Below the pieces are notes generated by a model. It was not told the DNA's origin. It was given only the letters and a program-made list of their open reading frames with translations, and searched no databases. DNA of 64,000 nt from Azolla caroliniana (lineage: Eukaryota; Plantae; Polypodiophyta), in assembly GCA_043228905.1 (NCBI GenBank), contig JBHGNT010000014.1:2604001-2668000 (forward strand), given 5' to 3'. This document shows, piece by piece, positions 13,046 to 26,000 of the stretch. A program made the position numbers and the translations under genes. The first letter of the stretch is position 1. Every line of letters begins with the position of its first letter.

Positions 13046-14734
13046 GAATCCAAATGATGTGGATTTGATCATGTCCTTGTATGATTATAAGGATGGTTAT
13101 GTATCACCATACTCTGCAACTATCGACGAAGAGTTGGACTTGTCTGCATCCAACGAAGTGTTGGCGTGGCCTATATCGGACGAAGACCGTGAATCGTGTT
13201 TATCTTAACAGAAAGAGGAGGTTGATCCCTTCATGTATTGTTCGGCCAGGTATTTTGCGTTCACAAGAGGTATGTATGATTTAATGCTTAAATATTTATC
13301 GGGTGAAGTTAAGGTAACGTTTGAAACATTAAGCGCGGTCGCAAGGGGTGCACCTCTCAATCAACATGGATGGATGCGCATGAAGAGTAGTCTTTTACTT
13401 AGAAATGAGAATTGCTTATACCTTAAGGCATTGCCTCATCTTCAGGTTACCTACGTAGAGAATTGGAGAGAGGTAGTATTGGCGTCACATTGTGGCGCAT
13501 CGCATCGCCCATTGATGGGTACTCTAAAAGAGTTAAAGAGACTTTGGTACAATGACCTTCATGCCCATGGGATCCCTAGTGTGTATGTCAAAGCACTGGT
13601 TGACAGATGTGGTTGTCAAGTTGTGTCGAGGTTAACCCCATATGACATGGAGGGGACAAGTGTCGTGAAATATAAAAAGTCTAGACACATAGAAGTGATC
13701 GAGATAAGGGCCCATAAGGTAGATGATAAGCTCACAAATGTTCAAAATAGGTATCACACACACTTCCATACAAGGGTCACAAGGGGTGCACGTGTCACTA
13801 GGTATGTTTGTCACCGGGTCGGTGTGCCCATATGGCAATATCCGTGCACTCGACGTAGAAAGCTTTCATCCCGATGTGGGTGTACTTTTCATGTGGACGA
13901 TCGAAGGAATGAAGGGGTTGACCATGGGACCATGAACATTTCAATATATGGACCTCATACGGGTAATGTACCAGGAAGTAGACCGGATGCGTACTATTTG
14001 CCGGCACACCCAAATGTTTTAAGTTGTTGCAAAGATGACCTTTTTTATGTTGGATGTGCACGACATGTGGCACGGATGAGAATACGTAAGGAAGCATATC
14101 ATAAGTCCAAGGCTAGTACATTAGACCTTGTGAGTTATAGGTTCTTTATGATACCAAGGAGGTCCATAACATAACAGTGCCATGTCAGAGGTTGATTGGT
14201 CTTTGATGATGCAAGATGCCTATGCACTCCGAGATCTTGGGAAGGTGGCTCATGTCCAACCTTACTTGCTTGGTGATTATGGATCTCTCGCAAGGCAACC
14301 GTTCATCTTGGTGCTTCAAGATGAATGGATGTTAGAGATGTGTGAGCGATTGCCAGTAAACAACTCTTGGGCAATGGACTCCACGTTTAAAACAAACCAA
14401 CTTGGGTTGCCATTATATGCAATTGTAACAACAATGGATTACGGAATCCACATTCAATGCCCAACCAATGAAGAAGATGGTGGATCCACAATGCAGAAGC
14501 AAACGATTGGTGTGAAGAGAGGAGCATCAGACAACATTTCACAAGATCTTATTGGTAGCTCCCCAAACACTTCCAAGAGGTGCAAGTCGAGCTAGGAGGC
14601 GGTTGCCAATATGTGCGACAGAGAAGATTTGATGTTTGCATTGCAATGCCTTGACATTTAGATCAATGGACTCGAATGCTGATTGTTGCAAGAATTGTGG
14701 CCGCATCTTGCCATCATCTTCGGATGAGCCATAA
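13046..14734 (+). pseudogene. MULE-type transposase pseudogene (frameshifted, catalytic core internally deleted)
   Basis: N-terminal H-x4-H...C-x-C motif. FAR1/WRKY-GCM1-like YVCHRVG...SSRCGCTFHV...H motif. MULE first-Asp motif WAMDSTFKTNQLGLPLYAIV, then a jump to a C-terminal Zn ribbon. Confidence 0.75.
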
Positions 14735-14804
14735 AAATAGCTTGAGTGGTTTTGTGGACCAGTGCATTTTGGTTTACGATGTTTAAAGTGGATTTCTATT
14801 AAAA

Positions 14805-14990
14805 GGATGTCATATGTTGATTTATGTTTTAAGTTTGACGTTTCAAGTATATCATGTGTAGAATTATGTTTTACATTTTATGTTCCAAGTATGTCATATG
14901 TTGATTTATGTTTTAAGTTTTATGTTTCAAGTATGTCATATTGTGATTTATGTTTTAAGTTTATGTTTCAAGTATGTCATAGTTGAATTT
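14805..14990. repeat. Degenerate tandem repeat, about 40-bp unit (TATGTCATATGTTGATTTATGTTTTAAGTTTTATGTTTCAAG)
   Basis: About 4 copies visible directly. Confidence 0.75.
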
Positions 14991-15649
14991 GTGTTCATTT
15001 GCATGTAACAAGAGGTACGATATTGACTAGATAAATGAAATATCAAAAGAATAAAGCATTTTGGGGTTTACTAACATATTCCACTAAGTGAAATAAGGTA
15101 GAACTGTTTCCATTACTTTCCTAAACCCTAATGTAGAACTATTTCCATTACTTTCCTTTGGTCAAATGAATTATTGCTTTTTTGAAACATCATTTGAACC
15201 TTAGGTGTAATCGTGGTTTGATTTGAAACATATTTCATTATTATAGTAAATTGGTTTTACATTTGTATTTTTGTTGCAAACTATATAATCTAAGGAAAAG
15301 GTGCACTAGAAAGAAATGTTGTATTGCCAATATTTAGTGTGATTGATATGTAGCACATATATTGATCAATAAGGTTCACATATTGAATCAATCATATATT
15401 AATCTCTTCCTCGTTGATGGGAGGAATACATTAATATACATGCAAGAATCAATTGCTAGTTGCTAAAATCCCAAAACCAAATGTCGAAACCCTAAAAAAA
15501 AAAGTTGAAAAAGAAGAAAACCTAAATGACCCCAAAATTGACCGATAAGCAAAATAAACCCTCTTCTCAATAAGAGAGGAAAAGAGATTTGAACCTTGCA
15601 CCTATTAAGCAAAAAGAATAACTCTAACCACTAAACCATTACCTTTTAG

Positions 15650-16214
15650 TGAAGAGAATAGCGCGGAATATTGCTCGGCCACAACCGAGTCTTGAATCAC
15701 TTCAATGAGAATGAAACATAGAAATGGAATAGAGATGAATACTCGTACACCAAAAGAAAGTAACCCGGGTGTTTACATGGAAAAACCTTGAATGGGGAAA
15801 ACCACGGGAACCCACAGACTCCAACTATCACTATATGAGAACGGTATAATCAGAGACTCGGAGGCAACTACCTCGAGCTTTGTACCTTCGCCAAGCGGCG
15901 GTTACAACAGAGTATCACTCTGTATCTCGCTCTCTCACAGTTCTTCCTCTCTCTCTATGCCACAGTTATATACATACAACAATATGACTACAACACCCAT
16001 AAAGTGATTGCCCTAAGTCATATTTATACTTATATGAACTTAGGGCTATTTACAAATATAGCCTCAATAGGTTTATTCAAAACATATTTACAAATATGAC
16101 TTCTCTTCCGGTTCTCACCGAGTCCATCAGATCTAGTTTTTGATCTCTTCCGATTCTCACTGGGTCCTCTTCATCCATAACCGAATCCCATCCGGAGGGA
16201 CCGATTTCCCAACA
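15650..16214 (-). mobile_element. Solo LTR related to Copia family A, with 5-bp TSD TTTAG
   Basis: TG...CA ends. Shares GCTCGGCCACAACCGAG, TTGCCCTAAGTCATATTTATACT and CCCATCCGGAGGGAC with 574-1243. TTTAG occurs at 15645-15649 and 16215-16219. Confidence 0.88.
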
Positions 16215-16495
16215 TTTAGTTGGGCGGTTGGGCAACTTACAACGGTCAGGGTTGGGCGACCTCTGACAGATTTTTTTTCGCGTGTTCTTTCTTATCCAAA
16301 TCAGACGGTGCAAATCTCACACACCTTCTTCTGAGCAACTTGCATCGTCCATGACCATGATTCCCTCCCCAACCCTATTTATGATTTGGTATATAATAAA
16401 CATGAGCATACATAGCACATTACATACATACATACATATATACATTACATACATACATACATACATACATACCCCTTGTTGTCTTCCGCTTGAAT

Positions 16496-16898
16496 TAACA
16501 ATCGACAACGGTTCGGTTTGAACCGAACTGTTTAAAAAACCTGAACCGAATCGTTTAAACCGTTAAGTCGCGGTTTAAATGGTTTAACAATATTATTTAT
16601 TTATTTTTTAAATTAAAAAAAAAATTAAAAAAATTGTTTTAAATAATCTTTACATTTTCATGCATTATTCTTTAAAATGAAGATTTAAAATTTTTTAAAA
16701 TTTAAAAACTTAAAATTTAAAATTTGACCTAAGCTGAAAACCGAAACCGAGCCACGAAACCGCGGTTTTACCAGTTTAATGGCTTAACGGTTTGAAATCT
16801 TTTAAATGGTTCGGTTTAACGGTTTCATGGTTCGGTTTGGTTGAAGTGTCAACATCTCTAAACGGTTCGGTTACAAACCGAACCGTTGCCGATTGTTA
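16496..16898. mobile_element. Non-autonomous hAT-type MITE immediately upstream of GLYR2
   Basis: 25-bp TIRs TAACAATCGACAACGGTTCGGTTTG / CAAACCGAACCGTTGCCGATTGTTA. AACCG/CGGTT subterminal motifs and an AT-rich core. The flanking 8-mers GCTTGAAT / GCCTCAAT (6/8 match) fit an eroded 8-bp TSD. Confidence 0.8.
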
Positions 16899-17000
16899 GC
16901 CTCAATGAAAACTCTGGACAAGAAAGGAGCCCCCCACCCCATATGTATGTATATGCATGTATTCCTTCGAGATAGAATAGCTCTGTGAACTCGGACGGCG

Positions 17001-20000
17001 ATGGTGATGGCTCCGATGGTGATGGCTCCTGCTCGCCTCTCCATCTTCCCCCTCTCCCGAAACCCCTTCTCTCCCATCATCTCCCCAAGAAGAAGCATCC
17101 GATTCTCCCGCTGCATCACCTCTGCTTCCCATGCTGTTGGTAAGTGGCACACCATCCATAAACCCTACTTTCTTTTGCTTTTGGTTTCTTTGGCCCTTGA
17201 TTCTTCATATCATTCCTGTGACCAAAATTCCTTTGATTTTCAGAGGATATATCAAAACCCACAATCGGTTTCCTTGGGCTTGGCATCATGGGTACAGCCA
17301 TGGCAGGGAATCTCGTTAAGGCCGGGTATGCATAACTTGTATTTCTGCATACATTTGATTCTTTCAATTAAGGAATGCTGAAACTTAAAATTTTCAACAA
17401 TTGGATTCCTTTGGCTTGGCCTCATTGGTAATTGGTACTTCTTTGTTGGCTTGTATACCGTGCTATGCAATACCGGAGTAAGGTTAACTTTTATAGAAAG
17501 GAAGGTATATTAATGTCTCTTAAAGACCCTAATGACCTAGCAGAGACTGCAACCGCTAATGTTAGATTGTCAAAGTGAGTAACTGTAGAAAAGACCTGTT
17601 GAATTCCACATTCCCGGTGTGTATGTCTGTATAAAATCAAGCTCATCAATCATACAGCATTGGAGACACCTTCCTCATCCCACCAACCATTCCACATATT
17701 GGATTTAAATTTCTACAGCATTGTACTTCAGACGATTTCAATTTAACTTTCGATTAGCAGAACTTCTTTTATAGTATTAGAGTCTAAGTATATGGTCCAA
17801 TTTAAAATTTCTACTAGTTTCCGTCTTGGGATTCTTGTGATTCCTTTCTTCTCCCAATTCATGGCTTTATCCACTTTTTCGAGATCTCTCTTTTGTGAGC
17901 ACATATGTCTGTGCATTATTGCACATAGGGAGATTTTACCACAGAGTAGTAACACCTCATCTTAGGAAGGAGTCACGTCCAAGATCATATGTTTATTTGG
18001 TCTCGTGGGTGGGTAAAAATTGGCTTCCTCGTGGATGATAAAAATTCTATTCTATTCCTTCAAATTTCCCCAAACTATCCGAAAGCATCCATAGGCTGTT
18101 TGGCTATCCAGTCTGGGATTGGCTGAAAATGCACAAACTGCAGTCAAGCCCAGTAATTTGATGAAATTCTGTTTTGGAAACTCTTAGCAATTTTGATAGC
18201 CTTCTCCAACAATGATATGCTATTTCCATACAACTGATTGAATGTTCAAGATGAAGACACCCTACTACCAGGTTCTCAGGCTTGAATGCTATAGCATCCA
18301 ATGGAAGACTCCTAGCTGCAACCCACCATGCTCCACGTTCCACATGAGATAGTGACTAGATTGTAGATAGTGCAGACAGTACAAATATGGTGTATGTTGA
18401 GATTGGTTTTCCACTTACATCATCAGTCTATGATATTAGTGTCGGTGTCTCTTATCAGATCCCAATTATTGGGACATTCCAATATTGCTTGATTTAATAA
18501 TAGCAACCTACAGTCTGCCAAAGCTCTCCTTGAGTCAGACCTTTCTTTCATTCTGCTACCTGTATCTGGCCTAGGCATTGAGGGCTCCCCGATTACTTTG
18601 GTGGTGGCAAAGTCCTGGTTGCAAGTTTGGGGAACAATACTGATTTCTGCTCCAAAAGCTTCCTTCTCACACACATGAAATCCTGTTCCTCTGGTTCATG
18701 CAAATTTCTGCGGTAACATGTCCACACCTTCGTTTGGAATAACCTCTAATTTTTGCTCTTATAGATGACATGTAGATGTCCACACCTGCATTTGGAAGCC
18801 TTCAAGACTATACCACATGCTTGGCTCATGCAACGGCTAGAAGCCTCTAGAGTCCCTTTAGATATGCAATGGGGAAGCTATGCACTTTATGAATCCATGT
18901 TAGGAAAGGTGCAGTCTCCCAATGGGTTGTTAAAGGCTGTGCCTAGCACCATTGGAGTGAAACAAGGATGCCCACTATCACCCACTCTCTTCATTCTCTA
19001 CCTGCAGTCTGGAGGTACTACAAAGATATTTAAATGCCTTAAAAGGTATTTGTATGGACAAAGGTTTGTTGGTAAACATAGATGAAACTAAAGTGATGAT
19101 GTTTAACACCATGCACCCATGGGTAACAAGATCAGAACTAGAATTCTTATTGGGAGAGCATAAGTTGGCATATACACGTATCTAGGAGTAACATTCAAAG
19201 GGCTTCTTATCTCCTGCCAGGAGGCTGATTGTGCTTGACTCTCTCGTGAATATACAGCCCTTGGCACTCTTTAAAGACACATTTGCAATTCCAAGTGCCA
19301 CAGACTAGATTATGGCTTTGGGAACTCTCTAAATAAAGAAATTCAAGGTTAGCACTTAAAACAACTTGCTGAACATGGAGATATTCGTTGTTGGTATGCT
19401 GAAACCCAATAATGGTTCAAATCACGTGGCATAAACATAAATGCACTACCCCAAAATGGTTCAGGTTTGAGAGCCCCAAAACAGTTTAGGCTTGACTGGT
19501 TTGGCTTGGATAAGGCCAAACCGGTAAGCCTAAACCAAAATGTTGCCGATCCCTAGTCATTGAGCAATGGAATTTGAAGAAGACTATGTTTGTCATTGTG
19601 TTGTTGTTTTTTATAAAATAAGAGGGAGATACCATTGCCTCTTTAAGCAAGGCTTTGGCCCATGCAAGGTAATTGAATATGAGGACCAACGGTTCTTGGG
19701 GCTTTTCTTGCTAGAACTCAAGAGACATTGGGAGAAGTTGTTGAAAGTCAATAACGAAGCCAGAAAAGCTTAATAACAAAAAACAAATACAGCTTTCTTT
19801 AGCCTCATCACTCCTACTCATGCTACAAGTCAATAATTGGCTACACAAATGGGTTCCCAACCAAGACATTTTAAAGGGATTACAATAGATCAAGGTATAG
19901 CAATTTATCGTGCATGTCGAAAGTGACATCATGGCCACAATCTCACTACCCTTGTATTCGATAGATAAAGGCCATTATCTCTTGCAATTGGAGGTGCTTC

Positions 20001-23000
20001 CGTAGCTTTGGAGACCTCTCCATTATGGATCAACCTATGCTAGGGATCATTCAAAGGCAAAATATAATATATCTGACTTGAGAATCTTACATGTATAGAT
20101 GACAAGATTCTTTAGTTACACCTTAATTCTATTTCAGTTTACTTTTTTTTCCTTAGATCATTTTGGTTTGTTGTTCTCAAAGACGAGACAATATGTAGAC
20201 TTTTTGAAAATTGTTCTCATGGATATTAACTAGAGCTGAAAATCGATGGAAAGTCAAGACAACTCCATACTCAGATGGAGTGAATCAACTTTCATGACTT
20301 TGATTCCATTTGTGCCTCTTGAGGCTTTTGGTGACAACTTACATTCCTACACTTATCTCAAAATGTGTAGCAGAACCAAAATTACACGATGCTAGAATCA
20401 GTCTTTTATTTGGAGGGTGAATTGGCTTCATAGACTCATATGTCCAAAAGGGGACTTGGCCTTGTGGAAATGTATCTCTTATAGCTGAGTTGGCCTTAAT
20501 TTCCTTGAGTGAATAAGTGTTGATAAGGTAAAGGCGAATCAGCCTTAATTCTTATCCATTTAGAGGTGACTCGGCCGTAGGATTTTGAATTTATTTGTCT
20601 TTCAAGAGCTGGGGCCGAATTGTCCTTCGTCTACTAAAGATAATTTGGCCTTAGGGCCTACCTTGATGGATCAAACTTAATGTCTCAGGTGTTAAAAATG
20701 TGATGAACATCTAGATCAAGGTGTTACAATCAATGAACTTAAGAATCAAATTTCACCAGATTTCAACAAACAAGAAAAATGACCAAGTATTCACCCATAG
20801 TCTAGATACTCATAAGTAAATATCGCCATGTTGGAAGCACATATGCACACTTTTGGGGTTAATTAACTTTTGTCAATGTCTGTGGTTTGTTATAGGTTTG
20901 ATGTAACTGTATGGAATCGGAATCCTGATAAATGCGAGCCTCTACTCAATCAAGGAGCTAGGTATAACAAGACTCAATTTTACAACTGACGTGTAAAACC
21001 AAAAATATTTTTGCTCATGCTAAGATATTCCATGATAAGGAAATTTGAACCCAAAGAAACATAGGCTTTAACAATGGAATCTGTTGGAGGGTGGCAGCTC
21101 CAGCCCTGCACTCTCTTTCATATTTATTATCTTTGTACTACATTCTCTCTTTTCTCAGATTCTTCTCTCTCTAGAATCTGCAACTCTTTAAATGCCTTCT
21201 CTCTCTAGAATCTGCAATGCTTTAAATGCCTTTTCTCTCTTCTACCTTTTCCAAGATATTCCTAGTTTTTTGTACCTGTTTGGTAGTACAAGAGTCACTT
21301 AACTACCAAACAGCCATTTCACCCACATTCCCCAATTTTGTATAAATAGGCTATACCAGCCTCTTTTGTATAAGTTTTCATTTTCTTTTTTGCTACTTAA
21401 AACAAGCTCTATTCCTTGGCTGTGTCTCTACTCTTTGCAACCATTTTTTCTACTGCTGTCTAACAGCCTTCTCACAGCTTGGCTGTGCCTATTTTGTTTT
21501 AAGTCGTCCGCTGCTGCTATTAACAGCTTTTCTCACATGGTATCAGAGCAGTGAGGTCTCCATATCCTCAGCCTGATTTTTTTTTGCCAAAGAGCACACA
21601 GACCTATCTTCTTTTATCCCTCCCTCCCAACCCTACAGAGGAGGCTCTTCTGTTTTCTTTTCCCCTTATCTGAGCCTCACCTAGCATCTAGGGAGAAGTA
21701 GAAAGACCCTGAGTATCTACTTACAACTGCTGTAAATTGTCCAGCTGTAGCTCAAGAGGAGGATATCCATGGCCTCACATGCCACCATTGTTTCATCAAC
21801 CATTCCCCAACTCCCCAAAGAATCCATCTTGGATGGGAACAATTACTTGGATTGGGAGCTACAAATAAAGACCTTGCTACAATACCATCGTTTATGGAAT
21901 GTAGTCAATGGTAGTGACAAGAAACCACCAGTAACTTCATCCTCTTCAACCAAATCAGTTGCTGGCTCATCTAACGCTGAGATTGAAGCTTGGCTAGATA
22001 AGGATTCTCGTGCTCATGCTTTCCTCATGTTTAATATTAAACCGAGCATTGCTCGTCAATTTCAAGATAAAGATGACGAGACAGCCAATGAACTATGGAC
22101 AGCCATCAAAAGGAGGTATCATCGAGCTAATCATGCTCAAATGATAGCTATTGAAAGCCAACTAGCAAATCTCAAGATTCATGACACTCCCAACATCATG
22201 GATCAAATAACGGAATTTGTCACTCTCCAAAAGGAACTAGTTTCTTTGGGAAGCAAGTCCACTGAAGTTGAGTTTGTGCATCGTCTAATGATAAAGTTGC
22301 CTGAGTCATTCTCAGCCTTTTGTGACACCATTTCTCTTCTTCCCAACACACCTGACATGAATACATTTCTTGGTATGCTACAAGATAGGGCAACAAGGAA
22401 GAAAAGTGCTCAAACTTCCAATGAGACGCTTCTACATGCGACAAGTAAAGGCAAGTGGAAGCAAAATGGTAACTCCTACAACAAACCCAATCCAAGACCG
22501 CCAAACAACCCAGCTTACAAGGAGCTCACTTGTCATTATTGTGGCTACAAAGGTCACATTCAGCCAGATTGTCGGAAAAAGAAAAGGGACAATGCTAAGA
22601 ACTCTTCTTCTACCAGAAATCAACCTACACCGAAATCCAACTCGGCCCACTCAGCCAAAGAAACAGTTTTCCTTGGCATTGAGGAACATACTTCACATTT
22701 GGCTGGACCAACTACTTCAACCATCGATGAGTGGTTAGTAGATAGTGGTGCCACTTCACACATGACCTATGACAAATCCATTTTGCATGATGTGAAGCCT
22801 AGCTCTTCCCAAATCTCTATAGGAGATGCCTCAAGCATTGAGGCTTCATGTGTGGGTAATGTGGTTCTTGACAATTCTTCAAGTGAAGAACCTGTCGTTC
22901 TTCAAGATGTGCTACATGTGCCTCGCATCTCTACCAACCTACTTTCGGTTTACAAAATCACCATGCAAGGTTATGGAGTCTACTTTGATAGCTCAGTTTT

Positions 23001-26000
23001 GGAAGTGATTGACACCAACAGCCTACAAATTGTAGCTAGTGGCACACAAGAAGGGGGTTTATATCGCCTAAAAAGCTCCCATAGCCCCTTGGAAAACTCC
23101 AAATCTCATCTTCTTCATCTTCTTCAAGGCTCTCATGCCTTGGTGGCACAAGAAGATCCCACGTTGTGGCATGCTAGGTTTGGTCATCTCAACTATGATT
23201 CTCTTCAAAAGCTCTCCTCCTCCCAACTAGTTGAGGGTCTTCCTATTTTCAAATCTCCCAATACCCCATGTATTGCTTGTCTTCATGGCAAGCAACATCG
23301 AGAGCCTTTCCCTCATGAAGCCACTCACCGAGCAACATCTATCTTGGAGTTAGTGCACATGGATCTTTGTGGTCCCATGAAAACCACTACTCTTGGTGGT
23401 GCACGCTACTTCATGCTTATAATTGATGACTTCTCCCGCAAGGTTTGGGTTTATTTTCTTGTAGAAAAATCCCAAGCCTTCGCAAAATTTCAAGAATGGG
23501 TAGCTCTCGTGGAGAACGAGACATCGAAGAAAGTTCGAAAGATCAGGTCAGACAATGGTGGAGAGTTTATCTCCAAAGCTTTCGACCATTTCTGCTCTCA
23601 ACGAGGCATTGCTCGCCAATTTTCTACACCCAATACTCCTCAACAAAATGGAGTCGTGGAAAGGAAGAACCGGACAGTCCAAGAGATGGCTCGTACGATG
23701 CTATCTCAATCTGATCTTCCTCTCTCGTTTTGGGGTGAAGCTGTCAACACAGCAGTCTACATCATCAACTGCTGCCCAACAAAAGCAGTTGCTAGAATGA
23801 CGCCTGAAGAAGCATTTACAGGTGTAAAGCCCTCAGTATCTCATTTTAAAGTCTTTGGTTGTGATGCTTATGTTCACATTTCAGATCATAAAAGGACGAA
23901 ATTTGAGTCCAAAACCAAGAAATGCAAATTTCTTGGTTACAGCACACAATCTAAAGCATACAGGTTATGGGATTTAGAGTCAAAGTCCCTAGTCATATCT
24001 AGGGATGTTCATTTTGTGGAGTCTCAGCCGGATGACTCTAGGATTTTACCTGAGTTCATGGTTGAAATCCAAGCTCCTCCGGAATCTCCTATTTTAGACG
24101 AAGATGTCTCATCTTCAAGCCTCCCATCTCCTCCTACTCAATCTCTAACTTCGCCAACAATTCAAACCTCTCCCTCAACCCCACTTGTTTCCACTCCCTC
24201 TACAAACCAGCTTCCACCACTTCCCAAGTGGCTTCAAGCCACCATTCGTGATTCTCATCTCTCCGATGCTGAACTTCATGAGTATACATCTGGTTCTCGA
24301 ACACGTAAGTCACAACGGCCTCTTCACTCATGCAACTTTGCCTTATTGTGCACTGTTGTGCAATCAAAAGAACCCACAACAGCAAAAGAGGCCCTTGTTC
24401 TTCCAAAGTGGAAAGCAGCAATGGAAGTTGAACTTGATTCCATTGAGCGGAATCATACATGGGAGCTGGTCCCACGGCCTCCACATCGACAAGTCATTGG
24501 ATTGAAATGGATTTTCAAGACCAAATACCATGCTGATGGTACTTTGGATAAGCACAAGGCACGTTTAGTGGCAAAAGGCTACTCACAAGTTGAAGGAGTG
24601 GATTATGAGGAAACTTTTGCTCCAACAGCAAGGTACACATCTATTCGATGTGCGCTTGCACTTGCTGCTCACAACAAATGGGCCATTTTTCAAATGGATG
24701 TCAAGTCAGCCTTCCTTAATGGTGACTTGAAAGAGGAGGTTTATGTTGAACAGCCTCCAGGTTTCGAGATTTTAGAGCAGAAAAACATGGTCTACAAGTT
24801 ACACAAAGCCTTGTATGGCTTAAAGCAAGCTCCCAAAGCTTGGCATGACAAAATTGATAGCTTCTTTCTTTCTCTTGGGTTTCAAAACTGTAATGCTGAC
24901 AGCAATTTCTATGTTTTTTCCCAAGATAATTTGCTTTGCTTGATCATATTATATGTTGACGACCTTCTAATTACAGGGTCCCTTGCATCTAAAATCGAGG
25001 AGGTCCGCGCTGACCTCAAAACAACCTTTGAAATGACTGATCTAGGACTTCTCCATTATTTCATAGGTATGGAGGTCTATCAATCACATGGTGGTATCTT
25101 TCTCAGCCAACATAGGTATCTCAGGCAGCTCCTTGAGACCTATAGCATGACAAATTGCAAGCCACTCTCCTGTCCAATGGATCCAAACTCAAAGCTATCT
25201 CGTGAAGACGATTCTCCCATATTTGAGGATATCACGAAATATAGGAGATTAATCGGGTCCCTTCTTCACTTAACTTATACCAGGCCTGATTTGTCCTATA
25301 GCGTGAGTATTCTCAGCCAATTCTCAACTGCTCCAAGACAAAGTCATTGGCAAGCAGCTATTCGAGTTCTTCGGTATTTGGCCAACACACTCGACTATGG
25401 TCTATCTTTTAGAGGCGGCATTGAGCTTGTTGGCTACTCAGATGCTGATTGGGCAGGTGATATTGATTCTAGAAGGTCCACATCTGGCTATTGTTTTATG
25501 TTAGGTTCAGGTTTGATTTCTTGGAAATCGAAGAAGCAAAACTCAGTTTCTACTTCATCGACGGAAGCTGAATATCGCGCCTACTTGGATACTTGCTGTG
25601 AGTTGCTATGGTTGATGCAATTGTTTTCTCACATTGGTGTTTTGCAAACCTCTCCTATTGCAGTTTTCACCGACAGCCAAAGTGCACGTGCCTTGGCACA
25701 TAGCTCAGCATTTCATGGTAGAACAAAACACATCGAAGTGCACTACCATTTTGTTCGTGACTTAGTGAAATCACAAGTCATCAACTTGGCATATTGCCCT
25801 ACTCAAGAAAATGTGGCTGATTTATTTACTAAGCCACTTCCAAGGCAAGCCATTGATCAGCTCCTTGATCGACTCAATGTTGGACTGCCGTTCTGGAGCT
25901 GAGAGGAGGTGTTGGAGGGTGGCAGCTCCAGCCCTGCACTCTCTTTCATATTTATTATCTTTGTACTACATTCTCTCTTTTCTCAGATTCTTCTCTCTCT

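Larger units (their letters stand above)
6844..16407 (+). mobile_element. Mutator-like (MULE) DNA transposon with diverged TIRs of about 180 bp, carrying nested Gypsy, LINE and solo-LTR insertions
   Basis: 6844-7030 is the inverted complement of about 16220-16407 (e.g. TGCACCGTCTGATTTGGATAA / TTATCCAAATCAGACGGTGCA). Subterminal CACCCAAC/GCCCAAC repeats at 7000-7210 and an internal transposase pseudogene. Confidence 0.7.
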
